Below are positions 48,163 through 60,790 of a DNA stretch of 64,000 bases, piece by piece (position 1 is the stretch's first letter; each line of letters begins with the position of its first letter). Source of the stretch: Intoshia linei (taxonomy: Eukaryota; Animalia; Orthonectida); NCBI GenBank assembly GCA_001642005.1, contig LWCA01000035.1, positions 6,013 through 70,012 on the forward strand, written 5' to 3'. The position numbers and the translations under genes are program-made. The notes below the pieces were generated by a model. It did not search any database, was not told the origin of the DNA, and saw nothing but the letters and a program-made list of their open reading frames with translations.

Positions 48163-48345
48163 CCGCATTTTTCGGAGTATAAGGCGCACCCTTTTACATG
48201 AAAAATTAGGAATGTGCCTTATATGAGGATTTTGCAAAGGGAATTATTTTCTAACTATATATTGTACCATTTGATTCTTAATTTTTAATAGAAACTCTTC
48301 TGTTAAAAATAAAATAAAATTCGCCTTATACTCCAAAAAATACAG
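48163..48345. mobile_element. pogo/Tc2-like MITE
   Basis: TA|CCGCATTTTTCGGAGTATAAGGCG...CGCCTTATACTCCAAAAAATACAG|TA; the same left end recurs at 58134. Confidence 0.75.
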
Positions 48346-49367
48346 TATTTACATGTTAATATAATTTAATATATAATTATTATTTGATAAATTTTTTTTA
48401 TATTTTATTTAAATCTCACGGGCCCAATCGGGAACCACTGGTATTTAATGCAATTTAATACAACTTTAATGTAAAGTATAAGAAAATAATATCAATTTGT
48501 AAATAACTTCATTTTTAACATAATTTCGAATCATATTCTTAATTTGAGAACCTTGCGATATATGTTAAATGATATTTTGTACATTTTCTTACAAAAAAAA
48601 TAAGTTGATTGAAATTTTATTCTTGAAATACAACCGTGATGGTCACCTATCATATAATTTTATTTTGACAAATTGTCAATAAATTCATGAAAATGAATGA
48701 CAGGAAAAAAATGTCTTAGAATTTATGGCCTTTTAAAATTTGAAATTATAATTTTTTAAAATGCTTATAGACAGAAAAATGAAACTTTTTACATCCAGTA
48801 CAATGCAAATTTAGTTTATTTTAGCAAAAGGGGAGGGCTCTTTCGATCATGGTAATTTCGATTCTGTCTCATATAAAACGGATACAGTTTAGCAGATCCG
48901 AACCGACCATACTCCGACAGTCTTCTTATCCGTTGTCGAAATTATCGTAAAATGGAGGCATCATTTTACCAAATTGAGCATTTAAAAAAATTACATGCTT
49001 AAATATCATAACTATTGTGTACTAAATTTAAAATGCTAAATCCTTTAAAATTAAAATTCAATTTAAAATACTTTGAGAAGTGACTAGGGTGTATGACACT
49101 ACACATCGTTTGTGAAAAATTTTTTATTGGCCAATTTTTAAATTTGTAATTTTCGAATAGCCTCGAGCTTGACGGGACACCTTTGCACTGAATATACTTT
49201 GTTGTATATTTTACAATGTACAATTATATCTTGTAATAAAATTATATTGAAGTTGTCAGTTAGTAGGATAAGTATAGTTTAAGAAACGTAAACTTTTTCA
49301 TGATTAAATAAAGTTAATAAATGTAAAAAGTATATATAAAGTCACATAATCGCAATACAGTACATCT

Positions 49368-52300
49368 ATGGACGAAAAACGTGTACCCATTCACATTCAT
49401 TGCAATAAATTGATGGGTAAATACAATAAAATAATTGTTCTGCATAATTCCATATTATTTAGTGTTAAACTTGTAAAATAGTTGTCAGTATATCAGATTC
49501 GTGTCACTTACCGTACCACAAACTCCGTTTTATTGATGACTTCAAAATTTTTTATATGAAATTTAAATATATAAAGGTGAGGACCTCATTTTTATCCCGA
49601 AAATTATTAAAAGATCTTAATAATACAGCATAATAATAATAACACTATGCGTGTTATATACTTCATATGCAGTAGTTGTAAAATATAAAAATGTAAGCAC
49701 ACGCATAGTGATAATATAACAATAATAATTTTAAACCTCCACTATTCACCAAAATCGGTAATTCGAAAGTTTTAGCGAATAGTAGAACCAAGTTTCTAGG
49801 ATTCTGCAACCAAATTAGTATATACCATTAAATCTTTTATTAAAACTTTTTTGTCATAAGAGTTGGTAAAATCGTGGTTTTCAAAAAAATATTGGAAAAA
49901 GATGATATTTGCCTTAAGGGTTGGTAAAAATGGATTTTTTATTTAGGGGTTTGATTTTTTTCATAATTGTCAAATCCTAATTTTTATCAATTTTTTTTGA
50001 ATTTAATTTTTGGAACAAGGCATGGAAAAATTTGATTGATTTATTATGAAAAATTTTTGGCGAATAGTGAATCTGTATGTGTTTTTTGAATGATTGTCAA
50101 TTTACTTTTTAATAGTTGTTTTTCGATAATTTCAATAAAAAAATTTTATCGACTCATAAATATAATATAATGAAAAAAAATATTTTTGGAAATATTTTTT
50201 ACGACATCGTTTTTTTTGACTAAAAATAATTACATCGATCCGAAATCATGAAGTTTTATATTATAAATTATGCATTTTTCGAATTCTTAATTATTTGTTT
50301 GATTTGTTAACATTTTACATAATAAATATATTAAAGATTGGTTGATACAACGAAACCATTGTCAATGCGATTGGTACAAAAAAATAAAACAACTCGAAAA
50401 TGAAAAAAATATTATATTCGAAGAAATAAAAAAGGATAAAACACTTCAAGAAGCTTTATCTAAATGTCAAAATTCTGTTATAAAATATACAAGTAAATTC
50501 AAATGTTTTGTGTAATCTTAAATATGAACATTTTAGATGTTAACTACAATGATTTCATGGAATTGTATAAAAATTTACTTGAGACTCATTACAAAGAAAA
50601 AAATGTATTTGGTCAATATACTAAAAAACCTATGAAAGTATTCATTTTTTTATCATGTATATTTGACATTTTAGAACTTTTATTGGTGTATCAACGAGTA
50701 TGTCAAAAATAACGTATATTTAGGTAAAAATCGTAAAATATATTAAACTTTAAGTCAACAATTAAAATAAAATATGCATAATTAACACGTTATGAAATGT
50801 TAATTGTCCATTAAATTGACAATTATGTTAAATTTTTATATACTATTTCGATTGTATGTCTTTAATCCCTTCTGAATATCTTATATTTGAATGTTTATAT
50901 TGCAGCCGAATATTCTTATCATTTAACGACTAATTTAAATTACAAGATTCCAGAGTTGAAACTTATTATTTCTACATTGCAACAAGATAAAACTGTAATT
51001 TTTTTTCGAGAATATAAATACATTTACTGAATTTATTAGAGTACTATTCATAAAATTAATAAGCTGTCATTACGAGATGCGAGTATATCTGAAAAAATAG
51101 AGAAATTATCAATCGACTATAACTTTTCAAATAATGAATCTGTAAATGTTATTATTTTAAAATTGGTTACATGAATCAATTTGGACCCAACATATATAAG
51201 TCAAAATATTTGTAATTTGACCACGCCAGTTGTATTACTATCAAACTTAATTTATTTATTTCTACAACTTTTACATACAATTTTAGAAAAAAGATATTAT
51301 TAATCAAATTGAAAATAATGTCAGTTTGGATAATTTTAAATATTTTAACTTGATTATGGATTTAATTGAACAATTAAAAGTTTTTGTTAATACTTTTAAC
51401 AATTACATGAATATTGTGTAATATTCAATTAAAATTATAATATAGTAATATTTTTAGTGAAAATTATGATAAAATATTTAATATTGTTGATTTACTTTAC
51501 AATGTAAAACTACTCAATTATTTGACAAAAAACAAAAATACAACTAATCTAGCATATCAGAATGATAAAACGAATCAAGATTTTGAGGATATAAACAATA
51601 CAAATGATCAAGATGAAAATATTGAAGTATATATTATGTAATATTTATAACATAAATATAGATAATAACGTTGGAATTGGAGGTAGAAATTTTAAAATTA
51701 TATAAAATTAAATTTTTATATTATAGGATTTGGAAATGACACAAGGTTATTTTGAAAAATTATAAAGATATTAACTTTAGGAAAAAATATGACAGTACTG
51801 GACATGTTAGATAATCGAAATAAATTGAAAATTGAACTGAAATTTGTATTTTTTAACATTTAAACATTATTAGAAATGGTATTTAGATTCAAAATTTTAT
51901 TGAATCATTTTTGTACCTTAAAATTAAAAATCCATCTTTTACGATAAACGATTGTGATCAAATATTGAAAATAAAGAAAGAGTTATTAGAAAGCAGTCAA
52001 AATTTAAATATTTCAGTATTGGTAAAAAATGTTTTTGATATTTTACAGGATGATGTGTTTTTAAGAATGATTGAAATTCGATCAAATTTAAAGTAATTTT
52101 ATACTTTTCAAAATTGAATATAATGATAAACTTTTAACTTTTAAAACTTAGGTGTAGTCAAGATGTTTACAATTCATTATTAAGCAAAAAGGAAGAAATT
52201 TCTTCTATACGTAAAAAAATTGAATTATTACGAAACCAAGAATCCAAATTTAATCAAGAAATTATTACAACTAAACAAGAAATGACTCTAGTCATCGCGG

Positions 52301-52439
52301 AAACTATAAATATCAAAAAATTGGTTCTCTTATAAATTATAATTTTCATTTTATTTTTTAGATTGAAAGAGACGTATCCAAAAAATACAACGATCGGAAT
52401 GTTTCATTAATTGGAGAAATTAATAATTTTGTTAAATAA
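49368..52439 (+). CDS. CDK5RAP3: CDK5 regulatory subunit-associated protein 3 (C53/LZAP)
   Basis: N-terminus VPIHIHCNKLMDWLIQRNHC, KNVFGQYT, NVYL..NLNYKIPELK and C-terminus IERDVSKKYNDRNVSLIG; many short exons including 19-21 nt microexons. Confidence 0.88.
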
Positions 52440-52575
52440 ATAGTTATTATTATATACAGTTTTATATCAGTCAATAACATTTAAAACAGTTTAACATTGA
52501 TCATTTTTTCGAGGTTTATATAAGATTTTTTACGGTTGTAAATAATTTAATAAACTAAAGCAAATAATTTTAACA

Positions 52576-55188
52576 CTAAAAATTTCCGTATCCATAATGA
52601 TCGTGGTGATCAAGGTTGACATGAGGGACATGTGGATCAAATATTGCGTCGTTGTAGTAGTTTCCCAAATTATCTACGTGGTGTACTCCAGGATGATACT
52701 CTACAAAATGTTCTTCGTCGTAGAAATGTCGTGGGGCATGATTAATGTTCTCATAATCAGATTCATAATAATTTTTCTTATGATAAATGGGTGTATGTAT
52801 ATATTTATGCATCTCGTGTAAGTCTTTTTGGCTGTGATCAATATAATTGTGCTTTGTATATACTTCTGGATATAAATTATTAATGAAATGGTCCTGTCGT
52901 AAAAAATGGTCGTAATTGTGATGGTCAACGTGATGATTATGTAATAGATCATTGTGCAAATTATGATGGTGGTGGAAATCTTTATTGTCGTAAAGTCTAT
53001 CCACGTGAGAATGTACATGATCATGGTGATGCTTACCATAATTGTTTCTATCAGTATTATATTGAGAATGTGTATCATGAAACGTGCTGTCTTTTGAATA
53101 ATCATCAAAGCGATCTGAAATGTGGTCCATCTCTTGAGATTGAGAATCACTGTGCGTAGATGAAGGAGGGTACGAAACTCCCTCGAGTTCACCGAGATAA
53201 ACATTATCGTGATGGCCATGGTGTCCATGGTGACCATGATGGGCAACAAGTCCGTGATGACCATTGTGTCCGTGGTGGCCATTATGTCCGTGATGACCAT
53301 TATGTCCGTGGTGGCCATTGTGTCCGTGGTGGCCAATATGTCCGTGATGACCATTATGTCCGTGGTGGCCAATATGTCCGTGATGACCATTATGTCCGTG
53401 ATGACCATTATGTCCGTGGTGGCCAATATGTCTGTGATGACCATTATGTCCGTGGTGGACATTGTGTCCGTGATGCCCAAGATGTCCGTGATGACCATTG
53501 TGTCCGTGATGCCCATTATGTTCAAAATCATGGTGGTCCGTATGTCTTCTGTAACTATGTGGAAGTACATGAGTGTCAGGAATAAATTCATCAGCCACAA
53601 TTTCATGAGTGTCAACGGAATATGCATGACGAGCCAACACATCATCATGATCGTTTTCCTCTTTGGGAATATTTTCGTTAGTAGCATTGCCTAAAAATCA
53701 ATTAATTTAAATTTATATTTTATCGGTCAACATATATGTCTGTTCCAGTTTATTTTAATAATTAATTAAAGTCGAGTTTTAAAAATTTCATATTTCTATT
53801 ACAGTTTTTCGAGAGTGAAGTTTTATTGAAAATTTCATTTTCCGAAATTAAGTACTTAAAGATCAAAAACCCCAAATATCCTTTTTTTAAAAATCAAACG
53901 AGTCCTATAATTATAAAAAATACACAATTTGATAAAGATTTTAAAATTCATCAAAATTATAATAAATTTCAATTTCAAATTCGTATACCTTCACGGTCCA
54001 AACAATTGATTTTAAAAATATTAGTTATATACTGACAAATCAGTGGCCACCAAAATTTTTGACACACTACCGGATAAGATAAAACATCAGTGAATTAGAT
54101 GAAATTTTTTTTGTTTCCTCAATTATAATTAGTAACTTAACTAATTAATTGATTAACAAAACGGCAGATAATCTTTTTTAGTGTTACTCTGTTATAGTAA
54201 AAAAAAATCGCCCTATTTTACAAAAAATTTTTCTAAAATCACGTTAATTTAGTAAAATAGTCAATAGGTTGTAAAAGTTAAAAATTACCTCTAAATTCTT
54301 TTAATCTCTTACCCTCTAAAATAGTAGATTAAAAATAAGGAATGATTAAATACGTACCACAGCTTCCTCTAGATATTTTCAATCTGGAAATTGCAATTGA
54401 AACATCACTACCTACTGGAGCATAACCAGCAAATTGAATCTATAATTAAATTAAGTTAAAATAAATATTTAGTAAATCAAGTGCAATAAATTTTACTCAA
54501 AATTTAAATATTGAGATTGGATATTGAAAACAAACTGGGCTCTGTATCACAACTGATGCATTTTAAATATTTTTTTATACTAAAATTTTACACCTTACTA
54601 GACGAATGAAACTTTCAGTATAATAAACAATAAAAATTAATATAAATGAGTGATGGGCAAATGTTTACTATTGATTTATTTAAATTTTGATATATGTATG
54701 TTGTTTAGTAAATTGTTACCCAATCTTCCTTTTGTCTAAAAGAAATTGTAACTTGCGCTGGTTTCCATTTATTGGGGGTATCGTTGGTTGAAGACCATCT
54801 TTGTACTAATCTTTCACCCTTGACATAGTTTGAAAGGATCAAAGTGTTTCTTTCATCGCCTGTAAAATAATCAAAACTAACACAAATTTCAGAATCTACA
54901 TATCCGTAGATGAATTCCATTCTAAATAAATATGAAAATTTTTTATGACTATTTACATCGAGTCCGTTAATACAGTAAATGCATAGTCGGTCCTGCCATC
55001 GATTTCTTTTCCTTCTGAGGGGTGATAATATTCGGTTTTAGCGCGACATGAAAACAAATCGCTAAAGTCACAATTCAAAATATCTAATTTTAAAATGTGA
55101 ATTATAAATCTAATCAAATACCCTCCTCTGCATATAGTGACACAATAAATATAGAGAATATGAAACAGAAATAATTCATAATGTTCAT
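52576..55188 (-). CDS. Secreted MAM-domain protein with (Gly-His-X)n repeat and His-rich tail, 530 aa
   Basis: Exons 55188-55122, 55083-54957, 54921-54720, 54439-54358 and 53690-52576 splice in phase via GT-AG (1593 nt). Features: signal-like MNIMNYFCFIFSIFIVSLYA, MAM-like CDF..C, CVSFDY, W..W..A.V, IAIS..ISRGSC, then a His-rich region. Confidence 0.8.
53209..53514 (-). repeat. Coding tandem repeat, 9/18-nt unit encoding GHH-GHN/GHI
   Basis: 34 triplets built from GGACATAATGGTCATCAC / GGACACAATGGCCACCAC-like units. Confidence 0.95.
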
Positions 55189-56011
55189 TTTTATTAATTG
55201 TAAAAAAATTATAAATCTTGCGAATGAATGAAATGTAACAAATTAACTTAAATGATTCCAGTAAATGATTCTCTGTCATATTACAAACGAAGCAAGACTA
55301 TTAAGAGTAAATAGGTATTATCACTAAATGTGTGAGGTTACGAATGACTAAAACGTGAAATAGATACATAAGCTTTAACTGAAACAGCCGTATTAATGCT
55401 TTCTACGTGCCAATTATCAGGATTATACTAATAACACACATCTTAAAATAATATGTACAGATTAAGGTTTACAAAAAGGAATGCAGTTATTTGATATTTT
55501 GAAACAAATAATTAGTGTACACTTTTAAATTATTCATATTAATCCTTACGTGTGCCTAATATAATATAAGGAAAAAATTTTTCAAAATCAAACCAATTAT
55601 GACGCGTGTATGACGTAAAAGTTTTTATAACAATTCTGTCAATACACTACAGGGCATAAAATAACAGTATACCACACAAATTGTTTCCGCTAGAACAGTA
55701 AATTAAACAATAGTTTTAATCTGACATTTAAAATTAGCAAAAAATAACAAATACATCTAATTTTATTATTAAATTTCATGTTCCAAAATTTATATAATTG
55801 CTCATATAAAGTCATTGGTCATGGAACTAATTTGAGTAAAATAATTGTTATTGGCATTTAAACAAAAAATTTTCAGATTAGAGTAATGCAATGACAGAAT
55901 AAACAATATAAAAAATAAAATGTATTCAAACATAAAATTGACACATATTTTTGTCTAACAGTTAAATTTAAAAATTGAAATGACTTTTTAATTTTCAGCC
56001 AAAAAATACAT

Positions 56012-56297
56012 TTATTCATCATTTATATCATATTTATCGTATAAACTTTTTATGGTACATTTTTTTAAGTTTGCCAAGTGGCTCACAATCGAATCAGCCG
56101 TATCTTTCATTTCATTGTATGTATGCAATTTTGCTTTATAAATTTCAACGTCTTTTTCTTCGTAACCTTCTTTTCTTAGTTTTTCAATTTCCATATCCAA
56201 TCTTAAATTTTTTTCATCTAATTTTTTTTAATGTTTAATTTAGTTTGATTATTAAACCTTTGCAGTTTTCATTGATATTATTTACCTTTTCTGCCAT
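56012..56297 (-). CDS. SWI5: DNA repair protein SWI5 homolog
   Basis: Two exons; LHTYNEMKDTADSIVSHLANLKKCTIKSLY matches the Swi5/Sae3 pattern LHxYNxxKD...LA......LY. Confidence 0.85.
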
Positions 56298-56383
56298 AAA
56301 TTTTGTATAAGTTAATTTGTTAAATTTTAACTATCAATATATACGTTAAACTTTTGTTTATTTAAAATAAATTGCATGGATAA

Positions 56384-56391
56384 TTTGGCGC
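56384..56391 (+). promoter_or_regulatory. E2F-like site TTTGGCGC upstream of SWI5
   Basis: Exact match to TTTSSCGC about 90 nt upstream of the ATG. Confidence 0.4.
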
Positions 56392-57005
56392 TATAAATAT
56401 GCAACAGGTAATATTATTACAGTTTTTATCTTTATTTTATTAATATTAAATTAAATGTCTATTCTTTTTCTGGATCACAAGTTATTTTTTTATTCAAATT
56501 TATATTAAAATAATAATGGTATATTATTAACAAATATAAATATTAATTTATAATTATTTTTGATACACAGTATGCTATAAAAATTAGGTACATTCATCTA
56601 CTGATACAGAGAACATTCAAATAGAATTTTGGCTAATTTTTATTTCATTGACTAGTTTACAAGGCTTTTATGTTAATCGGGTATTTTTTAAAAAATTCTA
56701 ATGTAATGTTTATTCATTTGGTTAAATTTTATATAAAATTATACAAAATTACACAAAATTAGGTATACAAATATAGACTTATTATACGTATTGAAAAATA
56801 CATCACAATAAAACTGGGAATACGCAATTTCTTAATGTTGCGTGTATAATTTATAATATTGCGTGTTGAAATTAAATAAAAATTTTTTTAAAATCATCAA
56901 AAAAGCAAAAATTGGTATTTTATGCTAAAATTTAGTTGATTAAATTTTCATTAGATTTGGGATATTTTACTTTTTTCATCATCAACAACCATTTAACATA
57001 ATGAC

Positions 57006-57236
57006 TAGTTATACACAGGACCGTGGAGAGTCAGCAGTAGGCCGGGAAAGATGGAAATTGTAGGGTCTCTATAAAATTATTCCAACATTACCTATTAATA
57101 AATTAAAATACGAGGCTCCTCATGATTGTAGGACCGGATCATATAGACCTAGCCCTCACTCCACGGTATGGTGATGCGACGATTCCTAAATTTTCAACGA
57201 TACCTATTCCGATTCGGTGGAATCGTCGCATCACTA
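57006..57236. mobile_element. Tiny hAT-like element with a GGACCGTGGAG-family MITE (57016-57170) inserted in its left TIR
   Basis: Perfect 16-bp IR GTGATGCGACGATTCC (57171-57186 / 57219-57234). Outer flanks are ATAATGAC / ATAATAAC. The inner TIR is CAGGACCGTGGAG / CTCCACGGTATG. Confidence 0.6.
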
Positions 57237-58133
57237 ATAATAACCCATTTTCGAATTTTTTTAAAATGACGCGTTAAACGGCAGCCATGTTATCATTCAA
57301 TATTTGAAAACACTCTCAAATTAAAAAAAATATATTTCTACACATGTACATTTTAATATTATCTATTATATTGGCTTCCTGACAACGGAATTAGGCTCTA
57401 ATCTGATTTTATCATATTTTAGCAACAATTATACTTATCATTGATAACTTTCTCAAGATAATTTAATAATTACATATTATAATTATATATCGAATAATTA
57501 CTGTTTTGTCGAAAAGTAAGCTATAAAGCTTCTCAATCCATTATTTTATCGAAATTTGGATTAGTAACATTATGAAATATAATCAATTCATCAAATCCAG
57601 TTAAACTTTATCTTTCTAATGGTGTATATTTCTATTTTTAATTTAATATTTATCTATAACACTATACACTTTACTCTATTTCAACTGTGGAATCGGTATA
57701 TGCATCAGTACTAAATTTTCAGCACATGATGAAAATATCGGTAAACTTATTTCGCGGGTATTTTAATGTTTCAATCATTTCTCGAAAAAAATTATATAAA
57801 TATTGTACTAATATGTTTTTTTCAATTTTAATTTTGATTGTGTCAGTAGAATCAATAAAATCATCTACAGGTGTCGTATATTGCCGACTTCTACGCTGTA
57901 AAGTTTGCAAAAGTAATAATAATTGTATTTGTTATATGACGTCATATCTATATCGAAAATTACAACGATACAATATAAACATGTTTTAAATATATAAAAA
58001 CAAAAATTATTATTATTACAAGTACATTACTAGTTGTAAATTACAACTTGTAATAATAATAATTTTAATCAATGAATAAATAAATACAAATTTATACTAT
58101 GAGCCATTCTCTGTTATAAATTATATGCTACCA

Positions 58134-58358
58134 CCGTATTTTTCGTAATATAAGGCGCATTCTTTTACATGAAAAAATAGGAATGCGCCTTATATGAGGA
58201 TTTTGCAAGTAGTTGCTGTTAGCAATAAAGAAGACGAAACATTGAATAATTTTGAGAATATTTCACCCGCTCTAGATCCTGCTTTAGCTCAATGTTTTGA
58301 TTCAGATGTAGAAGATGACAATTTTGATGGATTTACAAATAAATCTGATGATGTATAA
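58134..58358 (+). mobile_element. pogo/Tc2-family deletion derivative retaining the transposase C-terminal peptide
   Basis: The left TIR matches 48163, and 58209-58358 reads ...LAQCFDSDVEDDNFDGFTNKSDDV*. Confidence 0.6.
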
Positions 58359-60589
58359 TAAATGGATTAAATTTTTTTATTCACTAAACTATAAATTATT
58401 TTTATTTTTTGAAAATATCCTGTTTCAATTTTCTATTATTTTCAATTTGCCTAAAGACAAAAAAGTTTCATGAATACTGAATTATACAACATAATGTACT
58501 GATATATACTCTACTCAAAATTTAAAATTAGCCTACTTGGTTAATCAGATGTAGTACGTATAAGACATTTTATATACCCTTAGGTTATATTTTAATTTTT
58601 ATCTATTAATCTCAATTATATTTCATATTTTCATTAGAATGAAACCGCTATTATCATATATAAATGAAATATGTCAGATTTAAAAGATACACTAATATAG
58701 TATTCGTCAAAGTGTGTGGCGCGAGTACTTTTACATTATTTTCAAACAGATTTTTCAAATAGTATAGTATTCTGCATCTTTAATGAACCATAAAATTATT
58801 TTGAAGGTTCGAGCTAAAAAAAGAAAAAATTTTTTTTTTAGTATTAACAATTGTAAAAAAACTTGATAAAATGAAATGGTATAACTACTTGCTAACTGTA
58901 ATGAATTTTCTATATTAGTGTTTTGAGTAATATGAAAAGCAAAAATGAAAAAATTATAATAAAGAGTAAAGTTTTACTAAAGTAAATATAAAATCACAAT
59001 TTAAAAATTTTAAAATGTTACTGAATATTTATTTATACTAAATGTTGACAAAGGCACAATATGTATTAAATTATTTGACAATGGGAAATTTTATTAAATG
59101 ATTTAAATGAAATGACTTAAATATCAATTAAACATGGGCGTTACCAAATTATGTAGAATATTGAATAAATGACTAAAATTCCAATGTATGATTAATGAAA
59201 TATATGAAATCAAAATTTCTGACATTGCATTGGCTAATTTAGGATTTATGAAACTTTTTCTTTTATTTTATATACAAATTTGATTCTTATCAATAATTGC
59301 ACTATGATTATTATATTGATGGATATGATTGTCATCTTAATTAATTTTAAAAAATCATTTATATTTATTGGAATTTGAAGCATTTAATTTTACTGTCAAT
59401 TTATTCAAAAATAAAAATATTTCTACTCATCAATACTCAATTAATAACAATTTACAAGTTTAATCAAATCAAAATAAAAAATCAGGTAATTAAAATATTC
59501 TATTTAAAATTTAATATTAGTTGAATTATAACATTTTTTATATTTTACTAATTTACGTAATACATTTATATGAATCTCATTTATAAATATAATTTATAAA
59601 AGTCATATCATGGAAGCATTATAAATGTTCAAGTCTGCACTGATTGCTTGCAAGCTTAGACAAGAGTCATACCACCTTAATGTAGAGTTAATACATTAAT
59701 GGGTTCTCAACCTGTGTCAACCGGGTCATATCACCCATTTTGGGTTATTTATTTTCAAAATTAGATTATTTTCTAATTGATATTATAATTTCTTTATATA
59801 TTACATACGTATTACATTCATGTAACTATAATGAATATTAAATCATTAAAGATAAGTGATTAAAATATCTATTTAAAAAAAGATAACAAAAAAAAATTTT
59901 TTTAGGATAAAAGCTTAATAGAGCTTGAGCTTGAGCTTGAGCTTGAAAGCTTGAGAAATTTTAAAAATCGAATAATTTTTATTATAAGATCTACAACATG
60001 TAACTGTGATTACAATTCATTCCAAAAGAATTATATTTAAATACTCTTATCATATATCAGTGATTCCTATTTTTGGGGGTTTGTTTAATTTTTCGTATTT
60101 TTTCTTCAATAAAACATTTTTTGCAAATAATTTTAACCAATAAAATGGCCTTTGTTAAAAAATTAAAATTTTTGATTTTTTTAATTCAGCTGATTTTTTT
60201 TATTTTTAGGTTTTTCCTTTAAATCTTTAATTCAAAGACCTACGGTTTTTAGCAGAAATTTAAAATTATTTTAAATTTTGTAAAAAAATTTAATGAGAGA
60301 TATAACCTTTCTGGTATTTGATAATTTATCTTTCCTAATTCCTTTAAAGTTATCCATTTATTTAAAATTTTTTTCAAATCGAGAAAAAAAATTGACCAAA
60401 ATTTAGAGAGTGATAAAAAATTTCCTTTACAGTCGAATATTTTTCAGTATTGCCTTTAAATATCATGGAGGTATCTTAGTTGGAATTTATAAACTCACAT
60501 TTCTTAATTTTTTATAGTGTACCTGAAAACCTTAGAAGGAACATTGGTCCAATCATTTCAATTTTGTCATGACCCTATTGTACATAACA

Positions 60590-60790
60590 CCCAGACGATT
60601 TTTTAGCTACAAAATCACAACCTAAACTTAAAATTTATACACGGTTGATGGTGATATTCAACGATTCTCTACCACCGGTTGGTACAATTTTCTACCCGCC
60701 CGAAGAATGTGTACAACATATTTAAAATGGAATTTTATGAAACATTTCCGAAAAATTGCACCCAAGGTAGCAATTCATTCATCCTCGAGA
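60590..60790 (-). pseudogene. Degraded hAT (Tip100/ZMYM-like) transposase fragment
   Basis: The minus frame reads VQFFGNVS*NSILNMLYTFFGRVENCTNRW*, resembling the FFGxVQxLYxFFSxSTxRW block; it has in-frame stops. Confidence 0.45.

Noticed and set aside
52701-53694. Three long overlapping ORFs (ITDIMV, RDDHYV and SVMTIM repeats) in alternative frames and strand
   Set aside because: They are a by-product of a stop-free 9/18-nt repeat; only the His frame splices to upstream exons.
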